Assembly: GCA_040756235.1 (NCBI GenBank)
Contig: JBFLZG010000126.1
Span: 32,001 to 96,000, forward strand
Reading direction: 5' to 3'
Source: a bacterium
GTDB lineage: Bacteria; Desulfobacterota; DSWW01
DNA length: 64,000 bases
Within the stretch, counting starts at the first letter, position 1. Each line of letters begins with the position of its first letter. Below are positions 1 to 11,000 of the stretch, one piece after another. The notes below the pieces were generated by a model, which worked only from the letters and a program-made list of their open reading frames with translations, had not been told where the DNA came from and did no database searches. The translations under genes were made by a program, and so were the position numbers.

Positions 1-152
1 CAGATCCGCCAGAGGGTCTCCCCGGGCCTGACCGTGTGATGCACGCCGGCTCGGGTCCTGCCCTTGACGGACGCGCACCCCTGGAAGGCGAATGCAGCGG
101 CACCCGACAGCACCAGGAGAACCCGAAGGGCGGCCAGAGCCCTCCGCTTCAA
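1..152 (-). CDS. LysM-domain lipoprotein (NlpD/M23-like), N-terminal part; runs off the window edge
   Basis: Not in the ORF track. Manual translation from TTG at 152 (RBS GAGGTG): MKRRALAALRVLLVLSGAAAFAFQGC (lipobox), then GVHHTVRPGETLWRI (LysM start). Classic surE-pcm-nlpD synteny. Confidence 0.8.
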   Translation of the reverse strand, partial: MKRRALAALRVLLVLSGAAAFAFQGCASVKGRTRAGVHHTVRPGETLWRI

Positions 153-319
153 AGAAACGGCACCTCGCTCCCGGATCTCTTGGAGGGCCGTGCCCAAAGC
201 CCGGTCGGGTCTATGCGCTGCAGCGATTTCCAACCCCCATCCCGGGCGGGACCCGATGCAGGGACACCGAACCTCGAAGCAGCGGCGCTTTCCGACGGGC
301 TCCGGCGACCGCCGGCGCT

Positions 320-979
320 TCACCCCCTCGCCTTGCCCCCGGTCAGGGGAACGAACCGGCACGGCCCGATGACCTGTTGATTGTATCCGGACGCCTGCTT
401 GACGAAGCGCACGAGCTGCTGTTGACCCTGTCCGTTCTCCACCGGAAGGACGAGCCTGCCGCCCGGTTGGAGCTGGTCGAGCAAAGCTTCCGGCACCCTG
501 GAGGCGGCGGCGCTCACCACGATGGCGTCAAAAGGGCTTTCGTCGCTCCAGCCGAACGATCCGTCCAGGATGCGGACCGCGATGTTATGGTAGCCCAGGA
601 GATCGAGGATCTGGCGCGCCTTGCGAGCCAACAGGGGAAGCCGCTCCATGGAGTAGACGTGCTCGGCCAGCTCAGCCAGGATGGCGGTCTGGTATCCGGA
701 CCCCGTTCCGATCTCCAGCACCCTTTCGCCGCGGGACAGCTCGAGGGCCGCCGTGGTCAGGGCGACGATGTAAGGCTGGCTGATGGTCTGCTTCTCGCCG
801 ATCGGAAGAGCATAGTCACCGTAAGCTCTCTCGCGCAGGGCCTCGTCCACGAACAGATGTCGAGGCACCCTTTCCATGGCGGCGAGGAGCCGGGGCTCCA
901 CGATGCCTCTGGCACGGACGTAATCCTCAACCATCCTTTTCCGGAGCCGCGTCAGCTCTGGTCTGTCCAATGGCGGCAC
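320..979 (-). CDS. pcm: Protein-L-isoaspartate O-methyltransferase
   Basis: VPRHLFV, QTISQPYIVA and VLEIGTGSGYQ motifs; downstream of surE. Confidence 0.95.
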   Translation of the reverse strand: MPPLDRPELTRLRKRMVEDYVRARGIVEPRLLAAMERVPRHLFVDEALRERAYGDYALPIGEKQTISQPYIVALTTAALELSRGERVLEIGTGSGYQTAILAELAEHVYSMERLPLLARKARQILDLLGYHNIAVRILDGSFGWSDESPFDAIVVSAAASRVPEALLDQLQPGGRLVLPVENGQGQQQLVRFVKQASGYNQQVIGPCRFVPLTGGKARG

Positions 980-1745
980 GCTTGGGACCCATCCGCATGG
1001 TGGATTCGAGGAAGTCGTGGTCTGTCAGGTCGATGCGCAGAGGAGTGACGGAGACATGTCCGTCTTTCACCGCCTTCCAGTCGGTCTCGGAAGCATCCCC
1101 CGCGTCCAGATACTGGAGCGTGTCCCTTCCGTAGGTAAAGCAGCGGTTTCCCTGCGCATCGCTGCGCTCTTCCAGAAAGTCGGCGTAGAGCTTGCGGCCA
1201 AGCCGGGTCCAACGAACCTGGAGCGGGGACCCGTCCAGGACGTTCGGCACATTCACGTTGAGCAGGGTGCCGGGCGGAAGGCCGTGCTGCAGGATCCAGC
1301 CGGCGATCTCGCGGGCGGCCTGGGCAGCCGGAAGGAACAGGAAGCCGCCGGAGGCGGCCACCGACACCGCCATGGAGGGGATCCGGAGCAGAGTCGCCTC
1401 CGTGGCCGCGCCCACCGTCCCCGAATATGTCACGTCCTCGGCCAGGTTGGCGCCCTTGTTGATTCCCGAGACCACCAAATCGGGCTTGCGGGGGAGAAGC
1501 CTGTGGATGGCGATGTTCACGCAGTCGCTCGGCGACCCGCTCGTCGAGAACCGGCGCTCTCCCTCGGGCAGGACCGTGACGGGTGCGTTCAAAGTGATCG
1601 TGTGGCTGTTCGCGTTCCGTTCCCGGTCCGGAGCAACCACCCAGATCTCGCCCAGGTCCGCGAGGGCTTCCTCGTTGGCGCGCAGCCCTTCCGAGCAGAT
1701 GCCGTCATCGTTGGTCAGCAGTATCAGCCGTTTAGGAAGAGTCAT
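927..1745 (-). CDS. surE: 5'/3'-nucleotidase SurE
   Basis: ILLTNDDG, VVSGINKGAN, YSGTVGAA, LLNVNVP and VSVTPL motifs. Confidence 0.95.
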   Translation of the reverse strand: MTLPKRLILLTNDDGICSEGLRANEEALADLGEIWVVAPDRERNANSHTITLNAPVTVLPEGERRFSTSGSPSDCVNIAIHRLLPRKPDLVVSGINKGANLAEDVTYSGTVGAATEATLLRIPSMAVSVAASGGFLFLPAAQAAREIAGWILQHGLPPGTLLNVNVPNVLDGSPLQVRWTRLGRKLYADFLEERSDAQGNRCFTYGRDTLQYLDAGDASETDWKAVKDGHVSVTPLRIDLTDHDFLESTMRMGPKRAAIGQTRADAAPEKDG

Positions 1746-1856
1746 GGTCGGCGGCCGTCCACGCGCGTCGGTGCGATGCCGGGATCGTCAAAATCTCCTT
1801 GCGATTGAAGGAAGATCCTAACAAAAGCTAGAATATCCTGCAACTCCGTTGGGAAT

Positions 1857-1968
1857 TCCCTCTCCCCCGTGGCACGGGGGAGAGGGACAGGGTGAGGGGG
1901 AAGACCCGTAGACAGGACCACCTCCACCCCTCATCCTGACCTTCTCCCCTCGGCGAGGGGAGAAGGGA
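1857..1968. repeat. Pair of inverted REP-like palindromic units
   Basis: TCCCTCTCCCCCGT-GGC-ACGGGGGAGAGGGA-CAGGGTGAGGGG and an oppositely oriented CCCCTCATCCTGACCTTCTCCCCTCG-G-CGAGGGGAGAAGG, between divergent surE and mnmA. Confidence 0.7.
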
Positions 1969-2023
1969 TGAAAGGCGTGACGTTCGGCTTGAAACGGGCC
2001 GGCACACAGGGGAGACGCAAAGA

Positions 2024-3133
2024 TTGCAGGTATTGGATCCGAACCGGAATGAAGCGGCCCGGCCGGGAGCTTCGGTGCTCGTGGCCATGAGCGGCGGGGT
2101 GGACTCCTCTGTCGCGGCGTGGCTCCTGCGCGAGGAAGGAATGCGGGTCGAGGGCCTCACGCTAAGTCTCTGCCCCGAGCCGCTTGCGGTCGAGCACCCG
2201 GTGTGGGCCCTACGCTGTCTGGAGTCGGTCGAACGGGCGCGCCGGGTCTGCCGCCTCCTCGGAGTCCGGCATGCGATCGTGGAGCAAGCCGACGCTTTCT
2301 GGGAGCGAGTGGTCGACCCGTTCTGTACCGAGTACGCCGGAGGCAGAACGCCCAACCCCTGCGTGCTCTGCAACCCGCGGGTGAAGTGGGCGGCTCTGCT
2401 GGAGGAGGCCGGCAGGAGAGGCTGTGACTTCGTGGCGACCGGCCATTACGCCCGCCTGGCGCGGACCGGAGGACGGGTACAGATTCTCAGGGGGCTGGAC
2501 CGCTCCAAGGACCAGTCCTACGCCCTTTACGGTCTCGATCAGACCGCCTTGGGACGGACCCTTTTCCCTTTGGGTGCCCGGAGGAAATCCGAGGTGCGGA
2601 AGGCTGCCACCGACCTCCGCCTGCCGGTCTGGGATACGGCCGAGAGCCAGGATGTCTGCTTCATTCCGAAGCGGGGGCACGAGGACTTCCTGGCGGCGCG
2701 CGTTGCCCTGGCGCCGGGCCCCATCGAGGACTCCGAGGGACGGCTCCTGGGCACCCACCGCGGCCTTGCCCTCTATACGGTCGGCCAGCGCAAGGGCCTC
2801 GGCGTTGCCGGGGGTAAGCCTCTCTACGTGCTCGCCAAAGATGCGGCTGCCAACCGCCTGGTCGTCGGCCCCAGGGAGGCCCTCTGCCGCCGGTGCTTTT
2901 TGGTGAGCGGCGTGAGCTGGGTCTCGAGCGAAGCGCCTCCCGACGGAAGTTCTCTTGAGACCGAGGTCGAGCTGCGCTACCGGGCGAGACCGGTGCCGGC
3001 CGAGATTCGGGTCCTTGCCGGCGGTCGCGTCGAAGTCCGCCTCGATCGCCACACGCAGGCGGTCGCCCCCGGTCAGAGTGCGGTCTGGTACCAGGGAGAG
3101 GTGCTCATCGGGGGCGGCATCATCGAGGAATGA
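2024..3133 (+). CDS. mnmA: tRNA-specific 2-thiouridylase MnmA
   Basis: AMSGGVDSS, TPNPCVLCN, ATGHYA, KDQSY, ESQDVCF, YTVGQRKGLG and PGQSAVWY motifs. Confidence 0.95.
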   Translation: MQVLDPNRNEAARPGASVLVAMSGGVDSSVAAWLLREEGMRVEGLTLSLCPEPLAVEHPVWALRCLESVERARRVCRLLGVRHAIVEQADAFWERVVDPFCTEYAGGRTPNPCVLCNPRVKWAALLEEAGRRGCDFVATGHYARLARTGGRVQILRGLDRSKDQSYALYGLDQTALGRTLFPLGARRKSEVRKAATDLRLPVWDTAESQDVCFIPKRGHEDFLAARVALAPGPIEDSEGRLLGTHRGLALYTVGQRKGLGVAGGKPLYVLAKDAAANRLVVGPREALCRRCFLVSGVSWVSSEAPPDGSSLETEVELRYRARPVPAEIRVLAGGRVEVRLDRHTQAVAPGQSAVWYQGEVLIGGGIIEE

Positions 3134-3258
3134 TGGGCTCCTGCTCGTTGATGAACCTGCGCCGTGCGCATGGCAGCGGACCTCGACGCATGAGACGGAG
3201 GGCTTCGGGAGGCGCAGAAACGAAGGCAGAGGGCGCTTGCCCGCTTGGTTGATTTTTA

Positions 3259-3287
3259 TTGCAAAGGAACACTTTGCATTTTATAGT
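3259..3287 (+). promoter_or_regulatory. Sigma70-like promoter with overlapping palindromic operator
   Basis: TTGCAA-N17-TATAGT (3259-3287); inverted repeat TGCAAAG-N5-CTTTGCA at 3260-3278. Confidence 0.55.
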
Positions 3288-3351
3288 CGGCTCGGTAAAG
3301 CACAAGAGGCGCCCCGGAAGACCCCACAACCCAGGCAGGCGAGGTGCAATC

Positions 3352-6303
3352 ATGGAAGCTCCAGGTCTGACGGCTGCGGCGGCAGGAGCTCGGGGAGCCG
3401 CATCTCTTGCCCGGAGCCTTGCGCAGATCGTGGGCGCGGACCGGGTAACGGTCGATCCGGGGCGGATCTCAGCCTATCTTCCAACGGCGACGGTACAGGC
3501 GGCCGGCCTGGCGGCCGTGGAGCCGGCGTCGACCGAAGAAGTGCAGCAGGTGTTGGTCCTGGCCGGCCGTCTGGGCGTTCCTGTCTTTACGCTCTCCGAT
3601 CGCACCCTGGATGCGTCCCTGGATCTGGGCCGGGGCGGGGTCGTTTTGGACATGCGCAGGATGCAGGCGATCGTTAAGCTCGACCAGCGGAACCTGCTCG
3701 TCCACGTGGAGCGGGGGGTGACGTTCCGGGCTTTGCGGGAGGCCCTCGATGCCGAAGGGCTGAAGGCGGCCGCGCCTCTGGCCGCCGCGTCCGAGTCGGT
3801 CCTCTGCAACTTCGTCAACCGCGCGCCTCTCAAGAAGGCCACGCTCTATCCCCAGCCGCACGTGTTCAATCTCCAGGTGGTCCTGGCGGACGGGCGGCTG
3901 TTCAGGACCGGCAGCCACGCCTTGAACGAGCTCGAGGATTGCCGTGACGACGGAGGCCCGAGCCTGAGCCGCTGGCACCTGGCGAGCGAAGACATCTTCG
4001 GCGTGGTGACCCGGGCCACGGTGTGCCTCTATCCCAAGGCCGAGTGCCGGGATGCGCTGCTGTTCGGGTTCGATCGGCCGGAGGATGCGGTGCGGGTGTT
4101 GCGCAACGTGCCGCGGACCGAGCTGGGCTGGGAGTGGCTGGCCGTGAACCGCCGCTTTGCCGGCCATCTGCTCGGCGAGAGGAGCCCTGCCCTGCCGGCC
4201 TGGACGGTGGTCGTGGGATTCGATCATTGCAGAAGGCTGGTGGAGTACCAGAAGGGGAAAGTCGCAGAGATCGTTGAGAAGCTGGGCGGCCGGCCTCTCG
4301 GGGCTCATGGGGAAACGTTCGCCAGGCTGTTGGACGAGGTGTGGTACCAGGCTTCCGAGCTCCACACAGGGTACTACTGCGGGTGCGACCGCGCCGTCGA
4401 GCTGGACGCGGTGGTCCGCAGGCACGTCGTGCGCGCCGGGCTCTCACCCGAAGATGCGGGGCAGTGCCTACTCTCGATCAACCGGGGCCGCTGCCTGTAC
4501 GCCCAATACGACCTGTTTGCGGAGCCCGGCTCCCATCCGCGGCTCGTCGCAGCGATCGAGAAGGAGCTTTGCGGTCTGGGGGCGTTTTTCGACAGGCCGC
4601 GGGGAGCTCTCGCTGCCGACGTGCTGGGCCGCGTGCCGAACCTGCACAAGCACCTGGCCACCATCAAGGCGGTGGTGGACCCTCTGGGGGTCCTGAACCC
4701 CGGCCGCTACGTACGGCACGGCGATCCGGTCTATGAGGCGCTTCCGGTCGCCTGTGCGTGCGCCGAGGACACGGGAATCGAGCCCGGGAACCTCGAAGCG
4801 GCGGAGCGCAAGCTCCGGGATGTCGTCGGCGCCGAGTGGGTGAGCTCGAACCCGGCGGATCTCGCTGCCTATGGGAGGGACTTCACCATCTATTCGGGTG
4901 AGCGGCCGAACATCGTGGTCCTGCCCACGAGCACGGAAGAGGTTCAGGGCGTGGTCAGGATCGCCTACGAGCACAAGATCCCGGTCGTCCCTTTGTCGAC
5001 CGGGTTCAACCACGGGGGGCTGACGGTGCCGAGGAAGGGCGGGATCCTGGTCGATCTGAAACGCATGAACCGCCTCCTGGAGATCGACGAGGCGACCATG
5101 ACCGCCACCTTCGAGCCCGGCGTCAGGATGCGATCCCTCTGGTACGAGGCCCACAAGACCGAGACCTTCGGCGGCATCCAGCTTAAGCCGATCCTGCCCC
5201 TGACCCTGGCGAGCATTTCGCTCCTGAGCAATTACGTCTCCCGGGGAGGGCCGGGCAGCATGGTGAAGTACGGGATGGGGATGGACCTCACTGTGAACAT
5301 GACGTGGGTGCTGCCCAACGGCGAGATCTTCCGCACCGGTCCCTCTTCCGTCCCGGGGGTGGGCAAGCTCGGGCTCAACTGGGGACCGGGGCCGGACATT
5401 ACGGGGATGTTCTTCAACGCGGACGGCGCCTTCGGGATCTGCACCGAGATCACGACCCAGCTCTACCCGGACATGCCCGAGGAACAGATCATCCAGACCG
5501 CGGTGTTCGACGAGGACCCTGTGGGCTGCCGCAAGGCTTGCGACATCATGTACGAGGTCTGCCAGGACAACCTCGTCGAGTTCATCTACAAGAGCCACCC
5601 GGGCGTGATGTGCGTCATGCTCGCCGGCGTCATGGGAGGGAAGCCCCAGGATTACATCCCCATGACTCCTCGGCATCCTCTCTTCATGATGGTGACCGGG
5701 ATGGATGAGGAGGAGATCCGGATCCGCGCGGACCTGGTCCGGGAAATCTTTTCGCGGCACGAGGTCATCGAGCTCGACGTGAGCATGCTCCCGCCCGAGT
5801 TCGCCGATACCTTTTCCACGGACCCCTGGAAGATGTCGCTCGGCCCGAAGAACGCCAACGTCGGGGCCTACCGGGGCGCCTTCCAGTGGCAGGCCGGCTA
5901 CATCCAGGTGGACAGGGTTCCGGAGATCAACCAGGAGTACAAGAAGCTCATCCGGAAGTACTGGAAGACCTCGGATTCGAGGATGACCGAGGAGACCTCC
6001 CTCACCGGCACCGACATCCAGGGGCCCATGCCCTATGCGCGGATGGGCACCATCGAGTTCGACTACTGGTGGGACCAGGGGAACCCGGAGTCGGTGAAGC
6101 GCGCGAGTGTGATGATTCGCAAGACCACCGAGCTGATGTTCCGGCACGGCGTCATCCCGATCCGGAACATGTTCGGATTCGGGGAGCTGCTGCTCCCCAG
6201 GCTCGCCGTGTACGAGGACCTCCTGAAGAAGGTGCGCGCCGCCTTCGACCCGGCCAACCTCATGCACCCGGACGTGCTTCCGGCAACGGACGATTACGTC
6301 TGA
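3352..6303 (+). CDS. FAD-linked oxidoreductase with two fused VAO/PCMH (GlcD-like) modules
   Basis: ATG at 3352 after GAGGTG. Two copies of P.STEEVQ.V...GG..VD..RM, each ending in a DP...(N/H)P motif (DPLGVLNPG; DPANLMHP). Confidence 0.85.
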   Translation: MEAPGLTAAAAGARGAASLARSLAQIVGADRVTVDPGRISAYLPTATVQAAGLAAVEPASTEEVQQVLVLAGRLGVPVFTLSDRTLDASLDLGRGGVVLDMRRMQAIVKLDQRNLLVHVERGVTFRALREALDAEGLKAAAPLAAASESVLCNFVNRAPLKKATLYPQPHVFNLQVVLADGRLFRTGSHALNELEDCRDDGGPSLSRWHLASEDIFGVVTRATVCLYPKAECRDALLFGFDRPEDAVRVLRNVPRTELGWEWLAVNRRFAGHLLGERSPALPAWTVVVGFDHCRRLVEYQKGKVAEIVEKLGGRPLGAHGETFARLLDEVWYQASELHTGYYCGCDRAVELDAVVRRHVVRAGLSPEDAGQCLLSINRGRCLYAQYDLFAEPGSHPRLVAAIEKELCGLGAFFDRPRGALAADVLGRVPNLHKHLATIKAVVDPLGVLNPGRYVRHGDPVYEALPVACACAEDTGIEPGNLEAAERKLRDVVGAEWVSSNPADLAAYGRDFTIYSGERPNIVVLPTSTEEVQGVVRIAYEHKIPVVPLSTGFNHGGLTVPRKGGILVDLKRMNRLLEIDEATMTATFEPGVRMRSLWYEAHKTETFGGIQLKPILPLTLASISLLSNYVSRGGPGSMVKYGMGMDLTVNMTWVLPNGEIFRTGPSSVPGVGKLGLNWGPGPDITGMFFNADGAFGICTEITTQLYPDMPEEQIIQTAVFDEDPVGCRKACDIMYEVCQDNLVEFIYKSHPGVMCVMLAGVMGGKPQDYIPMTPRHPLFMMVTGMDEEEIRIRADLVREIFSRHEVIELDVSMLPPEFADTFSTDPWKMSLGPKNANVGAYRGAFQWQAGYIQVDRVPEINQEYKKLIRKYWKTSDSRMTEETSLTGTDIQGPMPYARMGTIEFDYWWDQGNPESVKRASVMIRKTTELMFRHGVIPIRNMFGFGELLLPRLAVYEDLLKKVRAAFDPANLMHPDVLPATDDYV

Positions 6304-6622
6304 AGGAGGCCGGCTCCCCCCTGCCGACCTGCAGCCGCGCAGAGCGCCCTTGGGCAGGATGGCGCATGGCGTGCCGCATCGCAGGGGCGCCGCCTGCGGC
6401 GCCTGACGAGCAGCTCATTCCCGGGATCCGGTCCCCGCTCCACCAAAGCCTCGCGACCTCACTGGGCGACGCAGGCGGCGCTCCTGCGAGAGCTCGGTGC
6501 TCTGCCGAGTTGCCGCATCCTGCCCGAATGCATCCAACAGACGAGGGCCTGAGTGAGATCGGCCCCGCAAGGGCTCGATTTCAACACGGCCTCCATCCAG
6601 ATGAAACGTGGGAGAGGATGCC

Positions 6623-7666
6623 ATGAAGGACGGGATCGAGCGAGCCCTGAGGTTCATGCATGGCCAGGGCTTCGGGCAGGAAGGCAATCAGGCGCGCGAG
6701 GTCACGGGCCCGCGAGCCGCGGACACCGAGTTGCTCGACGCGTACTCGCGGGCGGTCATGTCGGTCGTGGAGACGGTCGGCCCGGCGGTCGTGAGCATCT
6801 CGATCGGAGGCGTGCGGGTCAGGCGGGAGCCGGAGCAGGTCGGCGCCGGCTCGGGTGTGATCATCGCGCCGGACGGGTACGTCCTCACGAACGAGCACGT
6901 GGTCCATCGCGCCGGTCGTCTGACGGCAACGCTGGCCGACGGCAGAGTGCTCGGGGCCGCGCTCGTGGGCGCGGACTCGGCCACCGATCTGGCGGTGATT
7001 CGAGCGACCGGATCGAATCTGCCCTTTGCCGTCTTGGGGGACTCGGATCATCTCAGGGTCGGGCAGCTCGTCATCGCGATCGGAAATCCGTTCGGATTCC
7101 AGTCCACGGTCTCCACCGGCGTGGTGAGCGCCCTGGGCCGGGCCCTGCGCAGCCTGCAGGGGCCGCTCATCGAGAGCATCATTCAGCACACCGCCCCTCT
7201 CAACCCGGGCAACTCCGGCGGGCCGCTGGTCGATTCCAGGGGCCGCATCGCCGGGATCAACACGGCGATCATCGCGGCGGCCCAGGGGATCGGCTTTGCC
7301 ATTCCCTCCAACACGGCCCGCTGGGTCGTGTCGCAGCTCCTGACCCATGGCAGGGTGCGCCGCGGTTTCCTGGGGATCGCCGGCCGCCAGCGGCCGCTGG
7401 ACCGGCGGATCGTGCGGTTCCACGGTCTGGCGGCGGAGTTCGCGGTCGAGGTCATCTCGGTCGAGCAGCAGGGCCCTGCCGCCCGGGCGGGCATGCAGGC
7501 CGGGGACCTGATCGTGGCCATCGACGGCAAGGTCGTCGCCAGCGTCGACGACCTGCACCGGTTCCTGGCGGAGTGGAGGTTGGGCGATGCCGTGACGCTG
7601 AACGTCGTCCGCGGCCGCGAGCGGCTCGATCTCGAGGTAACGCCGGCCGAAGAGCCGAAGGGTTGA
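6623..7666 (+). CDS. HtrA/DegP-family (S1C) serine protease with one PDZ domain
   Basis: GSGVII, TNEHVV, DLAVI and NPGNSGGPL motifs; C-terminal PDZ (GPAARAG.GDLI). Confidence 0.92.
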   Translation: MKDGIERALRFMHGQGFGQEGNQAREVTGPRAADTELLDAYSRAVMSVVETVGPAVVSISIGGVRVRREPEQVGAGSGVIIAPDGYVLTNEHVVHRAGRLTATLADGRVLGAALVGADSATDLAVIRATGSNLPFAVLGDSDHLRVGQLVIAIGNPFGFQSTVSTGVVSALGRALRSLQGPLIESIIQHTAPLNPGNSGGPLVDSRGRIAGINTAIIAAAQGIGFAIPSNTARWVVSQLLTHGRVRRGFLGIAGRQRPLDRRIVRFHGLAAEFAVEVISVEQQGPAARAGMQAGDLIVAIDGKVVASVDDLHRFLAEWRLGDAVTLNVVRGRERLDLEVTPAEEPKG

Positions 7667-7982
7667 AGAAGAACAGCTGCTGCTCTTCAGTTGTCAGTAG
7701 CGAGGACAGCAGACCGCTTGGATCTGTTCTCAGATGCGGAGCTCTCCGCAGATGTGTGGCGGGTGTGCGCACGAGGAGTCGAGGGCGAGTCGCGGAGGCC
7801 GTCCCGAGCTCCGACCGGCCGGTGGACCGCAGCGCTGTTCCTCGTTATCTCGCCCTCTGGCCCGATTTTCGGGCCAGGCGATGTGCCCCATGAACACCCG
7901 GCCCGGAGCGAGGGACGAAAAGCGGGCCCTGCCCGAAGGGCCGCAGTCTCCGACCGTTGGGAGGAGAAGGGCCGGAGCGTTC

Positions 7983-8025
7983 TGAGCCCGAGACGATCGA
8001 GGGCGCTGCACCCGCCGCACGTAAC
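7983..8025 (+). repeat. 43-bp dispersed repeat, copy 1
   Basis: 41/43 identical to 28146-28188. Confidence 0.75.
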
Positions 8026-8094
8026 CCGTTACGGCATCTCCAATCGGCGTATCGTCCCGCTCGCGGTCCTGCGGGCACCAGCCAAGCAGCGTCC

Positions 8095-11000
8095 CTACAC
8101 CGGTTGGCCGGGTGATCCCTCCCCTGCCCCTTGCCGCTCCGGCTGGATCTCCTTGTTCCGATAGACGAGAAAGTAGAAGACCGGCACCACGATCAGAGAG
8201 AACAGGGTGGAGGCGAAGATCCCGAAAATGAACGACCAGGCCAGGCCGGAGAAGATCGGGTCCAGGGTGATGACCCAGGAGCCGAACAGCGCGGCCCCCG
8301 CAGTGAGCAGGATGGGCCGGGTCCGGATCGCGCCCGCCTCGATGATGGCTTCTTTCAGGCTTCTCCCTCCCTGCGCCATGAGGACGTGGATGAAGTCGAT
8401 CAGGATGATCGAGTTGCGCACCACGATCCCGGCCAGGGCGATCATGCCGATCATGCCGGTGGCGGTGAAGAAGACCGGCGTGCCGTACGGGCCGATCGGC
8501 CGGTCGAGAATCAGGTTGAGGATGGCGAACCCCGGCATGATGCCGATGACCGTCAACGGAATGGCCACCATGATGATCACGGGAATGATGAGCGATCCGG
8601 TCTGGGCCACGAGCAGAACGTAGATGAGGGCCAGGGCCACGCCGAAGGCGATCCCCAGGTCGCGGAAGACGTCGAGGGTGATCTTCCACTCGCCTTCTCC
8701 TCTCCAGTTCACGCTGAATCCCGGCGGCAGCGGATTCTGCTCCAGATGCTTCTGCATGGAGAGGATCGCCACGGCCGGGCTGACCCCGGCGGTCTCTCCC
8801 ATGACATAGACGACCGGCTTCAGGTTCTTGTGATAGATCGTCTTCTCCGCCGTCGTGTTGCGCAGACTGCCGAGCTCGGCCAGGGAGACCATCTCGCCTT
8901 TGGCCCCTTTGACGTACAGGCGCAGAATGTCGTCTGCATGAGACCGTTTGGCCTCGGGCAGCCGCGCCACGATGGCCAGGGGGCTGCGCTCTCCGGGAAG
9001 GTGGATGGTGCCGCCGGGCTGCCCTTCCAGGGCGAGTTGGACGCAGCGGGCGATCCCCTCGGGCGTGACGCCGTGCTGGGCCGCCTTGTCGCGGTCCACG
9101 AGAAAGTGGACCTTCTGCTGGTCGGCCTCGGTCGAGTCGTCCACGTCGACCACGCCGCGGGTCTGCGCGAACAGGCTGCGGACCCTTCTCGAGACGCGCG
9201 TCAGGTCCGCATAGCCGGCGTCCTCGGGGCCGTAGAGTTCGGCCACGATCGTGGCGAACACCGGAGGACCCGGCGGCATTTCCACGATCTTGAGGTTCGC
9301 CCCGTACTGCCGACCGATGTCTTCCACGGCGGGCCGGATGCGCAGGGCGATCTCGTGGCTCTGGTGCTTGCGCCGGTGCTTGTCTGCGAGGTTCACGCGG
9401 ATGTCGGCCACGTGGTCTCCCTTGCGCAGGTAATACTGCCGGACCATGCCGTTGAAATCGAAGGGGCCTGCCGCCCCGACGTACGTCTCGTAGTCCGTGA
9501 CTTCGGCGACCGTGGCCAGATAGCGGCCGAGCGCCCGGCCCACCGTGTCGGTCTGCTCGAGGGTGGTGCCCTCGGGCATGTCGACGACGATCTGGAGCTC
9601 GCTCTTGTTGTCGTAGGGGAGCATCTTCAAAGGCACGAGCCCGAGAGCCACCAGACCCGCGGACAACAGGAAGGCGGCGAGCACGGCCAGAAGAAAGCCC
9701 CACCCGAGCGAGGGGCGGTCGAGCATCGGCAGCAGGACCCTGCGGTAGAGCTGCTTCAGCCGGCGCGACTCCTCCTCCCCTGCCCCGGAGGGGTCGTGCG
9801 CAGGCCTGTCGTACTCCCTCTTGAGGAGATGGTAAGAGGCCCAGGGCGTGACGGTGAAGGCGACGACCAGGCTCATGAGCATCGCCATGGGTACGTTGAA
9901 AGGCATGGGGCGCATGTAGGGGCCCATCATGCCGGTCACGAAGAACATCGGCAGGAAGGAGACGATGACCGTGAAGGTCGCCAGGATCACGGGCGGCCGG
10001 ACTTCGTCCACGGCGACGAGCGTGGCGTCGAGGGGGGGGTGTTTGCGCAAGCGGAAGTGGCGGTGGATGTTCTCGACGTCCACGATGGGGTCGTCGACCA
10101 GCAGTCCCAGGGAGAGGATGAGCGCGAACAGAGTCACCCGGTTGATCGTGTACCCCACGACCAGATCTCCCAGGAGTGTGACGGCCAGGGTGAGCGGCAC
10201 GGCCAGGGCGACGATGATCGCCTCTCTCCAGCCCAGGGCAAAGGCGATGAGCACCACGATCGTGGCGACCGCGATCCCGAGGTGATCGACCAGCTCGTTG
10301 ACCTTCTCGTTGGCAGTCTTGCCGTAGTTCCGGGTCACCTGGACGGCGACGCCCCGGGGCAGCAGGTCCTGCCGCAGGGCGCGCACCCGCTCCAGGACCT
10401 GGTCGGCCACGCGCACCGCGTTGGAGCCCTTGCGTTTGGCGATGGCCAGGGTCACGGCCGGCCGCTCTTCGCCTTGGCTTACGCGCCCCGGCACGAGGGC
10501 CGTCTCCGCGCCGTGGTCCGCGCCCGCCGCCGGCCCGAAGCCGATGCGCGTGTAGGACGCGTATTCGGCCGGGCCGTCCACGACCTCGGCCACGTCCCGG
10601 ACGTGGACCGGCCTGCCCTGGTAGACCCCCACGACGGCCCCTTCCACTTCCTGGGCCCGGTGGAAGAAGGGGCCCACGTCCACAAGGATCGCCTCGTTGT
10701 CGTACCGCATGGAGCCCGCGGGCACATTCACGTTCTGGCCGACGAGAGCCTGGCGCACCTCCAGGGCGCACAGATTGTGGGCCGCCAGCCTCTCGGGATC
10801 GAGCAGGACGCGCACCTCCCTGGGCCTGCCGCCCACGATGAAGGACCGGGACGTGTTCACGATTTCCTGCAGGCGGGAAAGGACCTCCTCGGCGATGCGC
10901 CGGAGGTCGTAGTCGTCCAGCTCGGCGCCCTGGTCGGGGTAGAAGGTGAGCGTGACGATCGGCACGTCGTCGATGCCGATCGGCTTGACGATCCAGCGGT

